In this document: piece by piece, positions 95,074 to 104,976 of the stretch
Position numbering within the stretch: position 1 is the first letter of the stretch
Layout: each line of letters opens with the position of its first letter
Assembly: GCF_000737315.1 (NCBI RefSeq)
Contig: NZ_JMCB01000002.1
Span: forward strand, 20,001 to 144,000
Direction of reading: 5' to 3'
DNA: 124,000 bases
From: Hyalangium minutum
GTDB taxonomy: Bacteria; Myxococcota; Myxococcia; Myxococcales; Myxococcaceae
Notes under the pieces: model-generated
Database searches by the model: none
Told to the model about the DNA's origin: nothing
What the model saw: only the letters and a program-made list of their open reading frames with translations
Position numbers and translations under genes: made by a program

Positions 95074-95958
95074 TCACTTCTCCGGGAGTGCCTGAGCCTC
95101 CTCGATGCTCGCTGCGCAGCGGAATCCGAAGTGGTGGAAGATGGGCCGGTTGGAAGGCACATGCGGCCTCCGGTACACCGTCGTCGCGTACGAGGCTGGC
95201 CAGAACCAGGAGCCTCCTCGCACCACCTTCTGTGTATATCCCGCGCAGGGCTCCTGGCCCGCGCAGGGCCCCTTCGGATTGATGCCCTGACAGGCGGCGC
95301 CACAGGCTCTCCACGAGGGCGTGAACCAGTCCGCGACCCACTCCCACGCATTCCCCGCCATGTCATACAGCCCATAGGGATTGGGAGGGCGTGAGCCCAC
95401 GGGCTCGGGACGGCCCACCTCGGCATGGGTCTTCGAGCGCTGCCGCTGGCCGCAGCTGCGTCCACGGCTGTCCATGATGACGGCTCGCTCGCACGTGGCG
95501 GGCTCGTCACCCCAAGGGTAGAGCCGTCCGTCCGTACCCCGCGCCGCCTTCTCCCACTCGGCCTCCGTGGGCAGGTGCTTGCCGTGCGCTTCGCAGAAGG
95601 CCTTCGCGTCGTACCAGCTCACCCCATTGATGGGTTGCTGCGGGTGGTCGAAGTCGCGGTAGTTCGGGCCCGCCTTCCGGCAGCGCCCCTGTGCCTCGCA
95701 AGCCTTGTAGGCGCTGTAGGTCACCTCGTGGGTATCCATATAGAAGGTCTGCACCCAGACCTCCTGCTGTGGCCGGGCGGGCGCGTGCGGCCCTCCGTTC
95801 ATGCCTCGGAGAAATGGGCCTCCCGGGATGCAGGCCATGCCCGGCTTGGGTGCTTCGAGGCAGGGCACCACCGCTGGAGCCTCCGAAGATGGAGCAGCCG
95901 CCCCCGCGCTCGTGCTGACGAGCCCCACGAGCAGCGCGAGCCACCGCACGGTGCTCAT
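95074..95958 (-). CDS. FGE-sulfatase (SUMF1/EgtB/PvdO) domain secreted protein
   Basis: FYMDTHEVT, LPTEAEWEKAARG, GLYDMAGNAWEW, RGGSW, GFRC. Confidence 0.9.
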   Translation of the reverse strand: MSTVRWLALLVGLVSTSAGAAAPSSEAPAVVPCLEAPKPGMACIPGGPFLRGMNGGPHAPARPQQEVWVQTFYMDTHEVTYSAYKACEAQGRCRKAGPNYRDFDHPQQPINGVSWYDAKAFCEAHGKHLPTEAEWEKAARGTDGRLYPWGDEPATCERAVIMDSRGRSCGQRQRSKTHAEVGRPEPVGSRPPNPYGLYDMAGNAWEWVADWFTPSWRACGAACQGINPKGPCAGQEPCAGYTQKVVRGGSWFWPASYATTVYRRPHVPSNRPIFHHFGFRCAASIEEAQALPEK

Positions 95959-97001
95959 GGGAGGTTCTCCGCCCGGGCTGGCAGCGTCCGAGCTGGAGCG
96001 CGCTTCACCCGCCGCTTCGCCAGGAGCTTCTGCTTCGCGGCCTCGCGCGCCTCGGCGGGCGGAGTGTCGAGCCGTGACAGCCCACGCACCTGTCCCTCGG
96101 CGGCTGCGAACCGCAGCATCGTCACCGACTTGCGAGTCTTCTTGTCGTCCAGCCAGGCCACGAAGTTCGGACCGGACTGCGTGTTGTAGTGGTAGTGGGT
96201 GCCCTTCACGTGAGGAATGCCCCGCTCACCGCTGGTGCGGAGCACCACGCTGTTCTCCGTCAGCGCAAGTCCTCGGATGTTGTTCCGGTACTGCGCGTCG
96301 TAGGCAAAGTATTGCTCGGCGTTGGACAGGTAGAGCACGCCCACCGTCTTCCCTGACGCGGAGAGTGCCTCCCCGAGCGCCTTCATGGTGCGCCGGGCCG
96401 TGAGGTCTCCTCTCACCATGAAGACCTTGTCCTCTTGGAAGAGGCGGCGCAGGTGCGCGTAATCGGCGGCGTTCGTGAGGAAGCAGGTCTGGTTCGCTTT
96501 CGCCATCTGCGCCATGAGGCGCCCGAACCGCCGCTCCACCGCCCCGCGGGCCGTGTTGAGGGCCAGCAGCGCACCGGCTCGCTGCCGCTTGTCGGAGTAG
96601 CCCTCCTGGATGAGCCGGCGCACCTCCGAGCGGCTCTGCTTCTGCCAGAGCTCGAGGAACGCCCCGGGAGTCTCCGCCGCGAGGAAGATGACGCGGTAGA
96701 CCCGGTGGAGATCGACCACGGACTGATCAAAATCCAGCAGGACGAGCCCCTCCGCTCGTGCCCAGGCTCCCAGCAGGTAGTTCTGGTCGGTGCCCACGCC
96801 CACGTAGACGCCGCCCTTGTCCTTCACCGCGTTGTGGAAGAGCTCGAGGGTGTCTTCGTTCGAGATCCAGTAGTGGAGTCCTCGCACCAGCCCCGGTGGA
96901 GCGGGATCGGCGGGCAGGTTCGTGAACGTGGGGTGCGAGGCCTCACTGGCGGAGACCGAAGCGGAGAGGAGCAGAGCCAACACGGCAGCAAGGCGCATCA
97001 C
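95955..97001 (-). CDS. Secreted hypothetical protein (possibly Rossmann/methyltransferase-like)
   Basis: Signal peptide; YWISNE, GGVYVGVGTDQNY, VRGDLT, YLSNAEQY. Confidence 0.65.
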   Translation of the reverse strand: MMRLAAVLALLLSASVSASEASHPTFTNLPADPAPPGLVRGLHYWISNEDTLELFHNAVKDKGGVYVGVGTDQNYLLGAWARAEGLVLLDFDQSVVDLHRVYRVIFLAAETPGAFLELWQKQSRSEVRRLIQEGYSDKRQRAGALLALNTARGAVERRFGRLMAQMAKANQTCFLTNAADYAHLRRLFQEDKVFMVRGDLTARRTMKALGEALSASGKTVGVLYLSNAEQYFAYDAQYRNNIRGLALTENSVVLRTSGERGIPHVKGTHYHYNTQSGPNFVAWLDDKKTRKSVTMLRFAAAEGQVRGLSRLDTPPAEAREAAKQKLLAKRRVKRAPARTLPARAENLP

Positions 97002-97082
97002 GCCGATGATACCGCCTCCGCTGGCAGCACCTACTCGGGGCCGGAGCCCCGATGGCCACCGTCTCCCGAGCGCGCCGCCCGC

Positions 97083-97643
97083 TCAGGCCTTCAGCTTCTC
97101 ACGCAGCGCCTTCGCCCGGCCCTGCATGTCCGGATCCAGGCTCGTGATCTGAATGCTCTTGAGGCGCTCGTCCAGGCTCTTGGGCACCTTCGTCTTCAGC
97201 TTGCCCTCGCCCTCCATCGCCTCCAGCTTCGCCAGCGCCTTGTCGGCAATCCGCTCGCGCGGGTGGTCCAGCAGGCTGTCCAGGAAGTACGCGTCCTCGG
97301 GCAGCTCCGGGTACTTCTCCAGGTACTCCACCACCCCCTGCACCCAGGCCTGCCGCGTCTCCGCCTGCTGCAGCTTCTGCATGGCGGCCTTCTGCGTCTT
97401 GCGCTTGCCCTCGGGGTCGAACTTCTCCGCCAACCCCTCGGGGAGTTCGCCGCCCGTGAAGAGCGCGTCCGCCGCCGCCTTGTACTTCTGGTAGGAGGCG
97501 CTGCGCTCGATGCGCTGCTGCGCCGGGTCATCCTGGCGGGAGTGGCTCTTGCTCTTGCCGCGCATCGCGTCGATCTCTCGCCACGACTTGTTGCGCTTGC
97601 CGGAGAACCCACCGCCTTCGTTGTCGTCCTTGTCTCGTGCCAT
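97083..97643 (-). CDS. Hypothetical helical protein
   Basis: 186 aa, high GC3, GGAAG RBS. Confidence 0.7.
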   Translation of the reverse strand: MARDKDDNEGGGFSGKRNKSWREIDAMRGKSKSHSRQDDPAQQRIERSASYQKYKAAADALFTGGELPEGLAEKFDPEGKRKTQKAAMQKLQQAETRQAWVQGVVEYLEKYPELPEDAYFLDSLLDHPRERIADKALAKLEAMEGEGKLKTKVPKSLDERLKSIQITSLDPDMQGRAKALREKLKA

Positions 97644-97646
97644 CCG

Positions 97647-98411
97647 TCAACTTCCCTTCCGGGCGTGCCATAAGGCCGCCAGCCCGCGCCGCACATACGT
97701 GCGCACCCGCGCGAGCTCCTCGGCAGAGAGGGGGTGCTCCTCATCCTGCTCCGCCTCGAACAGCGCTTCTTCCGCATATGCGGCGAGGGCCTCGGGCACC
97801 GGCGGAGCCTCCGTGTCCTCCCTCTCCAGCGCCGCCGGATCCACACTGGCAAGTCCCGGCGGCCAGCCCAGCTCCATCATGGCGTGCAGTTCGAAGAGCA
97901 GGTGGCGGGCTACCGCATATCCTTCGTCCGCGAGCCCCGCCACGTCAAGAGCACCCAGCAGCGCATCCTGCCGGTTGTCGAAGGCGTGCTGCCTCCGCGT
98001 GCGCTCCTTCGGGTCGTCTTCCAGGTAACGCCAGGCGGCCTCCACGAATTCGCTCCCTGGCTCTCCCGGGGCAAAAGGGGGCGGCCGCACGGGCTTCACC
98101 TTCTTGGGCCGAGGCGGCTGAGGCCCCTGCTCCAGCGGGATGGGCTGGCCCTCCTCCACCAGGTCCCAGAGCCCCAGCAGGTTCTGGAAGAGCCGCTGCG
98201 CCACCTCGGGCGAGGGGAAGTGGGGCTCTCCCTCGAAGAGGGTGGGGATGACGGCGTCATGCCGCTGCCCCTCGGCCTTGGCCGAGCGCATCCGTGTGAG
98301 CACCTCATAGGTGTCACACGTGCTGCCGGCCAGCTCCAGCAGCCCATCCAGCGTCTGTGCGTCCTCGAAGTGGTGGACGAAGTCGGTGCCTCTTCCCCGT
98401 GAGCGGCTCAT
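97647..98411 (-). CDS. Hypothetical protein
   Basis: 254 aa; stop lies 3 nt before the start of the next gene. Confidence 0.65.
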   Translation of the reverse strand: MSRSRGRGTDFVHHFEDAQTLDGLLELAGSTCDTYEVLTRMRSAKAEGQRHDAVIPTLFEGEPHFPSPEVAQRLFQNLLGLWDLVEEGQPIPLEQGPQPPRPKKVKPVRPPPFAPGEPGSEFVEAAWRYLEDDPKERTRRQHAFDNRQDALLGALDVAGLADEGYAVARHLLFELHAMMELGWPPGLASVDPAALEREDTEAPPVPEALAAYAEEALFEAEQDEEHPLSAEELARVRTYVRRGLAALWHARKGS

Positions 98412-98555
98412 GCGGCACGAACGCTAGCCCTGGGAGCGGGCGGACGCACGGGGCGCGTGAAGCGCTCCCCACCCGTTCAAGGCCAACCTCCCGGAGTGAA
98501 CATTAAGGATGCCAGCCGCCAATGTCGCTGGCGCCCTGCTAGGCTCCCGCCCGGG

Positions 98556-99176
98556 ATGACCCACCCGTCACCAGAGAAGCTGAAGGCCGCAGTGCAGGCG
98601 CTTTACCAGGTCCGGGCCGTGGAAGGGCCTCCCGGCGACCATGGCCATCGCTCTGTCTGGCACATGTCCCCCCAGGGAGCGGAGTTGCTCTCGCTCGTCG
98701 ATAGGGAGGGCCGTGTGCAGCGCCAGGAGCTGACGCTGCTCGAGGACCACTACGCGTGGAGCCAGGGCGAAGGTCTGCGCACGGGCCGGGTCGAGCTGGA
98801 GAGGGTCGGTGGCTCGAAGGTGAACCCCGCCGCGGCCATCGTGCACACGGACCCGGAGCTGGTTCCCGTCCGGCTGATACGCGCGGCGGCGGCGCTGGAG
98901 ACCTACGAGGGAGAGGACCGCTACCTCCTCCACATCAAGCGCGTGCTGGCACTCGCGCGCGAGGGGCTCGAGCTGCAGGAGTCCCCCCTCGTCACCGAAT
99001 TGGTTTCGGCGTCAACCGCGCCTTTGAGCCCCGCTGCCCTTCCTCAGAAGAGCGAGCCGGACGCAGGTGCGGCGCCCCACGCCCCCGCAGGGGGCAGGTT
99101 CGAGGGCATGGCGATGGTGCTCGTGTTCGCCGTGGGCCTCATGGTGGCCATCGCGCTGCTCGGCTGGCTTCTCTGA
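98556..99176 (+). CDS. Hypothetical protein with C-terminal TM anchor
   Basis: MTHPSPEKLK start; ends MVLVFAVGLMVAIALLGWLL. Confidence 0.65.
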   Translation: MTHPSPEKLKAAVQALYQVRAVEGPPGDHGHRSVWHMSPQGAELLSLVDREGRVQRQELTLLEDHYAWSQGEGLRTGRVELERVGGSKVNPAAAIVHTDPELVPVRLIRAAAALETYEGEDRYLLHIKRVLALAREGLELQESPLVTELVSASTAPLSPAALPQKSEPDAGAAPHAPAGGRFEGMAMVLVFAVGLMVAIALLGWLL

Positions 99177-100894
99177 GTGGCCGTGACGGGCTCGGGCGGA
99201 CGGGCAGGGGCCTGCTCCGGGAGCCGCGCCTCATTCGCCGTGCGCTGGAAGCGCTTGGGCGCCAGCGGGCCGGGGGAGCGAGGGAGCCACAGGGTGCTCG
99301 TGCCGCCATTCATGGGCTGGGCCGTGCGCGAGGCCGGATCGAGCACCACCACGGGTGACGCTCCGGCAAGCCCGAGCACCTCGGCCGCGGCGCCGAGCTC
99401 CTTCAAGGAGATGTCCTCCGGCAGCTCCAGCCCGACGAACGTTCCTGCGAGCACATGCGGCACCTCCGCCAGGGATGCGCTCAGAGAGAGGGAAAGCGTC
99501 TCGCCGCCCTGCACGGGAGAGAGCAGGAGTTGCTCCCCCTCTCCGAACCGGGCCTGCCAGGAGAGGGTGACGGGCTTGGACAGGGCTGCGGGCAGCAGCA
99601 ACTGAAGCGTGCCCTCCTGCGCCGCGAGCAGGGAGAGCAGGGGCACTTGAGTCTTGAGCTTCGCCAGCGTCGCGAGGTTGGCCGATTGCGGATGCTGGCC
99701 CACCAGCTCCACGGAGCGCGCACCGGCAAGGGCGCTCGCTTCGACGAGGCGGCGCAGGCTGGCGCCGGGAGTGCGGGCATCCGCCAGCACGGGCAACACG
99801 GGCTCGGGCACGACGCCGCTGGGACGCGTGGATTGCGGAAGCGTGGAGTGCAGCGAGCCCATGAGCGACTCCGCCAGCGCCTTGCCCGGGCTGCTCCAGC
99901 CGAGGCGGGCGCTGCCCACGGGCGTCAGGCCCTCCGCGGTGACGAGGGCCGCGAATGGGTGCGGCATGGCGGCCTCGGAGGTGCGGAGTGGCTCGAAGCC
100001 TCGGGGCAGGGAAGGAGCGCCGACGCCCGCCGCGCGCGCACCTTGCTCGGCGAGGCGCAGGGGGTGGGCATCCAGGAAGAGCAGCGCGGTGACCGCAGCC
100101 GCCAGGAAGACACTGCCCATCCACCCTCGGGCCATGCGCGAGTAGCGGCGCGTCTGCCACACGAGGAGCACCACGGCCAGGATGATCAGCAGCGCCAGGC
100201 AGGCCTGACGTAAGGGCCGCAGGCGCATCACATCGTCCGCAGCCTGGCTCAGCAGGCGGGTGCGATCAGCGATCGGCGTCTGGGGCAGCCCCGTGAGGAG
100301 CTCGAAGAGCCGGTGGGCCTCCAGTGCTCCCAGCAAGGCGATGGTGGCCAGCGTGAGGGCCACGACGACTCCGAGCACGAGGCTCGGGGTGGAGCCCTGC
100401 GGGCTGGAGCGGAACGGCAGCTCGGCGGAGGCTCCGGCCATTGCCAACCCCAGCCCCAACCCGAGCAGCAGCGCCGCGCTCATCCAGGCCCCCAGCATGC
100501 GCGCGGCCATGGCCTCTCCCACGCCCAGCGCCAGCGCATTGCGCGCATCCGGAATCTCCAGCCCGGCCAGCGCCGCCACCACCCGGCCGACGATGACTTC
100601 GGTGCCCAGCAGCCCCACGGTCCAGGGCAGCGTGGCCATGCCCAGCATGACGGCCAGCGGAACCACCCGCCCGATGCCGATATGGCAGACCATCAAGGTC
100701 AGGAACACCAGCTCCACCAGCCCCGACAGGAGGACCAGGGAGGAAAAGGACCCCGCGGCACCCGTGATTCGAGACAGCTCATCGGATCCTCCTGCCCAGC
100801 TCACCAGCAGCCAGGAGACAAAGAGAACAGACATGGGCGCGGTCGCAGCCGCGACTACACCCGGAGCCACATGGGGTCTGGCTGTAACAAGCAT
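99044..100894 (-). CDS. Multi-TM protein with ExbB/TolQ-like helices and an ExbD-like C-terminal region
   Basis: LPWTVGLLGT...ALALGVGEAMAARMLG repeated in degenerate form; LADARTPGASLRRLVEASALAG resembles ExbD periplasmic domains. Confidence 0.5.
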   Translation of the reverse strand: MLVTARPHVAPGVVAAATAPMSVLFVSWLLVSWAGGSDELSRITGAAGSFSSLVLLSGLVELVFLTLMVCHIGIGRVVPLAVMLGMATLPWTVGLLGTEVIVGRVVAALAGLEIPDARNALALGVGEAMAARMLGAWMSAALLLGLGLGLAMAGASAELPFRSSPQGSTPSLVLGVVVALTLATIALLGALEAHRLFELLTGLPQTPIADRTRLLSQAADDVMRLRPLRQACLALLIILAVVLLVWQTRRYSRMARGWMGSVFLAAAVTALLFLDAHPLRLAEQGARAAGVGAPSLPRGFEPLRTSEAAMPHPFAALVTAEGLTPVGSARLGWSSPGKALAESLMGSLHSTLPQSTRPSGVVPEPVLPVLADARTPGASLRRLVEASALAGARSVELVGQHPQSANLATLAKLKTQVPLLSLLAAQEGTLQLLLPAALSKPVTLSWQARFGEGEQLLLSPVQGGETLSLSLSASLAEVPHVLAGTFVGLELPEDISLKELGAAAEVLGLAGASPVVVLDPASRTAQPMNGGTSTLWLPRSPGPLAPKRFQRTANEARLPEQAPARPPEPVTATQRSQPSSAMATMRPTANTSTIAMPSNLPPAGAWGAAPASGSLF

Positions 100895-100932
100895 TCCCCG
100901 CGAAACTAGGTACGCAGGGTATTCGTGGGAAC

Positions 100933-101313
100933 TCAGGCTGGCGGGCGACCCACCAGCCAATACACAACGGTGAACAGGAGCCCGACAATCGGGGCCACGA
101001 GCGCCCCGAGGATGATGAGTCCTGTGCAGTTGCCCGGCTCGCAGCCAATCTGGGTGCGCGCGCAGAATGCAAAGATGAACACTGGCACGTGGTAGCCGAG
101101 GATGAACAATCCGAGCCCACGCACCACGAGCCCTCGGTACCAGGTGCGGGTGAGCAGCCGGAAGACAATCGGGAGCAGGAAGAGGGTGGCCGTGGCGGCC
101201 CCGGCGATGGCCAGCTGACGCGCTGCGGCGGCCCAGCACCCCACCGCCGCCAATCCCAGGGCGGGCACCAGCAGCAGCGTGTTGAGGTTGAGCGGGGCCG
101301 GCTCGCGCGACAT
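100933..101313 (-). CDS. Small multi-TM membrane protein
   Basis: 126 aa, four hydrophobic segments. Confidence 0.55.
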   Translation of the reverse strand: MSREPAPLNLNTLLLVPALGLAAVGCWAAAARQLAIAGAATATLFLLPIVFRLLTRTWYRGLVVRGLGLFILGYHVPVFIFAFCARTQIGCEPGNCTGLIILGALVAPIVGLLFTVVYWLVGRPPA

Positions 101314-101347
101314 CACCGGGGGACGCTCGCAAAGCGGGGAGAGGGGA

Positions 101348-103150
101348 TCAAGCGGCGACTGCCCCTTCTCCCAGGAGCTGTGCATAGCGGCCCTGGCGCG
101401 CCACCAGCTCCGCGTGTGTGCCGGACTCCACCACCCGGCCCGCGTCCAGCACGACGATGAGGTCCGCGTCCCGCACCGTGGAGAGCCGGTGCGCGATGAC
101501 GAGCACCGTGCGGCCCTTCATCAGCTCCGCCAGTCCCGCCCCTACCGCGGCCTCGCTGGCCGCGTCCAGGGCGCTCGTGGGCTCGTCCAGCAGCAGCAGC
101601 GACGGCCGGCGCAGGAACGCCCGGGCCAGGGCCAGCCGCTGCCGCTGTCCGCCCGAGAGCCGGGAGCCGCGCTCACCCACGGGCTCGTCCAGTCCTCCCG
101701 GCAGCGCCCGCACGAAGTCCTCCGCATGGGCCAGGGCCAGCGCCTCCCAGATGTCCGCGTCGGTGGCCTCGGGCCGCCCCAGCAACAGGTTGTGGCGCAC
101801 CGTGCCGGAGAAGAGGACGGGCTCCTGTGGCACCCAGGCCATCTGCGCCCGGACGCTCGAGGGCTTCAGCTCCGTCATGGGCACGCCATCCCAGCGCACC
101901 GTCCCGCCGCTTGTGGGCAGGAAGCCAAGCAGTACTGAAAACAGCGTCGTCTTTCCCGCGCCCGAGGCTCCCACCAGCGCCACCCGCGCGCCCGCGGGCA
102001 CCGTGAGGCTCACCCCGCGCATGCCCTCGCGGCCGTCCAGGTACGTGGCGCGCACGTCCTCCAACACCAGCGCCTGCTTCAGCGGCTCCGCCGTGCGGCC
102101 CTCGTCCGGAGGCGAGGGCTCGTCCGCGATGGCGAAGAGGCGCTCGGCCGCCACCAGGCCCGTGAGCACCTGCGAGAGCGTGCCGCTCAGGGACTTCACC
102201 GGCTGGTAGAGCAGCAGCGCCGCCGCGATGAACGAGAGCAGCCGCCCCGCCAGCGCGGGCTCCGCCGCCACCGCCCGAGCGCCCCACATCACCACCAGTG
102301 CCACGCCGAAGATGCCCAGCATCTCCACCGTGGGGCTGAAGGCCCCGCGCAGGAACAGCGAGCGGCGCATCTCTCCCAGGTAGCGCTCGGCCTCCGCATC
102401 GAACGTCACCAGCGCCCGAGGCACTCCACCGTACGCCTGCACCACCGGCAGGTTCTGCAACTGCTCGGAGGTGAGCGAGGTGAGCGCCCCGAGGCTCGTC
102501 TGCGAGCGCGTGGCCACCTTCTTCAACGAGCGCGCGAACCGCGTCACCGGCACCACGGTGGCGGGCATCACCACGAAGGTCAGCAAGGACAGCTTCGCGT
102601 CGATCATCGCGCAGGTGACGAGCAGCGCGAAAATCTGCATCCCATCCTTCACATAGGAGGACAGCGCCTGCGTCACCGCGAACTCCACCAGGGGGATGTC
102701 TGCGGTGAAGCGCGAGAGCAGCTCGCCCGAGTGCCGCCGCTCGAAGAAGGCGGGAGGCTGGTTCAGCAGCCGCGAGTAGAAGAAGCCGCGCAGGTCCGCC
102801 ATCACCCGCTGCCCCAGCCGCTGCATCCACCCGCCCTGGAGGAACTGGGCCGTGGCCTTCACCGCTGCCACCGCCACCACCAGCCAGGGCAGCCGGCGCA
102901 GCATCTCGTTCGGAGGCAGTTGCAGGCCGGCCAGCGCAATGGACTCGCCGGTGAGCACCGCGCGCAGCAGCGGGCCCACCAACCACGCGTACGCCGAGGT
103001 GGCGGCCGCGGCCAGCAGCGACGCCCCCAGGCCCGCCACGAGCAGGCGCCGGTACGGCCGCAAATAGCTCAACAGTCGACGGTAGATGAACGGCGAGGGA
103101 CGGGGCGCCAAAGCGGCGCGGACTCTCTCACCCCAAGTGCCCAGGTCCAA
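101348..103150 (-). CDS. ABC transporter, fused permease/ATPase (MsbA-like)
   Basis: GASGAGKTT, LSGGQRQR, LLLDEPTSALD, IAHRLST. Confidence 0.93.
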   Translation of the reverse strand: MDLGTWGERVRAALAPRPSPFIYRRLLSYLRPYRRLLVAGLGASLLAAAATSAYAWLVGPLLRAVLTGESIALAGLQLPPNEMLRRLPWLVVAVAAVKATAQFLQGGWMQRLGQRVMADLRGFFYSRLLNQPPAFFERRHSGELLSRFTADIPLVEFAVTQALSSYVKDGMQIFALLVTCAMIDAKLSLLTFVVMPATVVPVTRFARSLKKVATRSQTSLGALTSLTSEQLQNLPVVQAYGGVPRALVTFDAEAERYLGEMRRSLFLRGAFSPTVEMLGIFGVALVVMWGARAVAAEPALAGRLLSFIAAALLLYQPVKSLSGTLSQVLTGLVAAERLFAIADEPSPPDEGRTAEPLKQALVLEDVRATYLDGREGMRGVSLTVPAGARVALVGASGAGKTTLFSVLLGFLPTSGGTVRWDGVPMTELKPSSVRAQMAWVPQEPVLFSGTVRHNLLLGRPEATDADIWEALALAHAEDFVRALPGGLDEPVGERGSRLSGGQRQRLALARAFLRRPSLLLLDEPTSALDAASEAAVGAGLAELMKGRTVLVIAHRLSTVRDADLIVVLDAGRVVESGTHAELVARQGRYAQLLGEGAVAA

Positions 103151-103262
103151 GGCGCTTCACAGCAGCGGGCTCGCTTCCCTGGCTACTGCTCAGCCCACCT
103201 GCCACCGCACGCTGGCCCGTTCGTTGCTGTGGGCGGGTGTGGCCAACAGCTTTCGGAAAGCC

Positions 103263-103709
103263 ATGGACATCAACGATACGAACCAAAAAGAGGCGCTGTT
103301 CAGTCCCGGCTGTGAGCCGGTTGTCGAGGACGAGGAGCGGCGGCGGCTCCTCTGGCTCATGGCCGAGTACTTCAGGACGATCGGCTATACGGACATCAAA
103401 GCGCGGCTCCCGGGCTTCATGCCGCCTCCCATTCTTTCGGGAACCATCGAGGACCACCGTCCCGATTTTACATGCCGGCAGACTGACTCGGCCCGCACGC
103501 CCATCATCCTCGAGGTCGTCACGCCAGAGATGGTGGAGGATCCAACCGCCGAGAACCGGTGGAGCCTGCTGGCCAGCGCCGCCAAGCTCTACAACGCCGA
103601 GCTCCACTTCGTGGTCCCCAAGTGGTCGCCTATAGGGCCCGTGGACGCCGCACTCAAGCGCCGGCTGGCTCGCATGGAGCTCCTCGTCAATCGCGTCTGG
103701 CTGGTCTGA
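103263..103709 (+). CDS. Hypothetical protein with possible restriction-endonuclease-like (PD-(D/E)xK) fold
   Basis: YFRTIGYTDI...HRPDFTC...IILEVVT; ATG 103263. Confidence 0.55.
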   Translation: MDINDTNQKEALFSPGCEPVVEDEERRRLLWLMAEYFRTIGYTDIKARLPGFMPPPILSGTIEDHRPDFTCRQTDSARTPIILEVVTPEMVEDPTAENRWSLLASAAKLYNAELHFVVPKWSPIGPVDAALKRRLARMELLVNRVWLV

Positions 103710-103819
103710 CGGCCTGGAACGTCGCGCATCCCCCTGGATTGCTGGCTCGAAACCCTGCGTTATAGTGGATCAGTTTCTACGCAGGCTTAAAAGGCCAGTA
103801 AATCCAGGGGTTTGACGCG

Positions 103820-104953
103820 ATGGCAGCGGCGGCGGGACAGAAGCGCGACTACTACGAGATTCTCGGCGTCCAGAAGAACGTCAATCCGCAGGAGCTGAAG
103901 AGCGCCTTCCGGAAGGTGGCCCTCCAGTACCACCCGGACCGCAACCCGGGGGACCAGGCGGCCGAGGAGAAGTTCAAGGAGGCGTCTGAAGCCTACGAAG
104001 TGCTGAGCGATCCGGAGCGCCGGGCCCGGTATGACCGGTTTGGCCACGCCGGAGCGGGCGGTGCCGGCTTCGAGGGCTTTGGCGGCTTCCAGGGCGTCAA
104101 CATCAACGACATCTTCGGGGACATCTTCGGCGAGATCTTCGGCGGCGGTGGTGGCCGAGGGCGGGGCCGGGGCGGTGTCGGCCGGGGTGCGGACCTCCGT
104201 TACAACCTGGAGATCTCCTTCGAGGAGGCGGCGTTCGGCTGCCGTCCCAAGGTTCCGATTCCGCGTCCCAAGAAGTGCGAGGTGTGCAGCGGCTCGGGGA
104301 GCAAGAGCGGCGCGCCGCCCAAGCAGTGCGCCACGTGCGGCGGCGTGGGCGAGGTGCGCTTCACGCAGGGCTTCTTCGCCGTGTCTCGCGCGTGCCACGA
104401 CTGCAACGGCACGGGCGCGGTGATTCCGGATCCGTGCTCGAAGTGCAAGGGCTCGGGCAAGGTGCCCTCGGAAGAGGTGCTCGAGGTGAACATCCCCGGT
104501 GGCGTGGACAACGGCACCCGGGTGCGCCTGACGGGCATGGGCGAGCCGGGCGAGCGCGGCGGTCCTCCGGGAGACCTCTACGTCACGGTGATCGTCCGCG
104601 AGCACCCGCTGTTCCAGCGCGAGGACAACGAGGTGTTCTGCGAGGTGCCCATCTCCTTCACGCAGGCGGCGCTGGGCGCGAAGATCGACGTGCCCACGCT
104701 GGACGGGAAGGTGAAGATGACCATCCCCGCGGGCACCCAGTCCGGCAAGGTGTTCCGGCTCAAGGGCAAGGGCATTCCGCACCTGCACAGCCAGCAGCGC
104801 GGTGATCAGCACGTGCGCGTCATGATCGAGACGCCCACGGACTTGTCCGCCAAGCAGCGCGAGCTGCTGGAGAAGTTCGCGGAGCTGTCGGGCGAGGAGT
104901 CCCACCCGCAGTCCAAGAGCTTCTTCGCCAAGGTGAAGGAGCTGTTCGGCTAG
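103820..104953 (+). CDS. dnaJ: Molecular chaperone DnaJ
   Basis: [16 protein letters not shown] region, four CxxCxGxG repeats. Confidence 0.97.
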   Translation: MAAAAGQKRDYYEILGVQKNVNPQELKSAFRKVALQYHPDRNPGDQAAEEKFKEASEAYEVLSDPERRARYDRFGHAGAGGAGFEGFGGFQGVNINDIFGDIFGEIFGGGGGRGRGRGGVGRGADLRYNLEISFEEAAFGCRPKVPIPRPKKCEVCSGSGSKSGAPPKQCATCGGVGEVRFTQGFFAVSRACHDCNGTGAVIPDPCSKCKGSGKVPSEEVLEVNIPGGVDNGTRVRLTGMGEPGERGGPPGDLYVTVIVREHPLFQREDNEVFCEVPISFTQAALGAKIDVPTLDGKVKMTIPAGTQSGKVFRLKGKGIPHLHSQQRGDQHVRVMIETPTDLSAKQRELLEKFAELSGEESHPQSKSFFAKVKELFG

Positions 104954-104976
104954 GTCCGCTGCGCTAGGCTTCGGGC

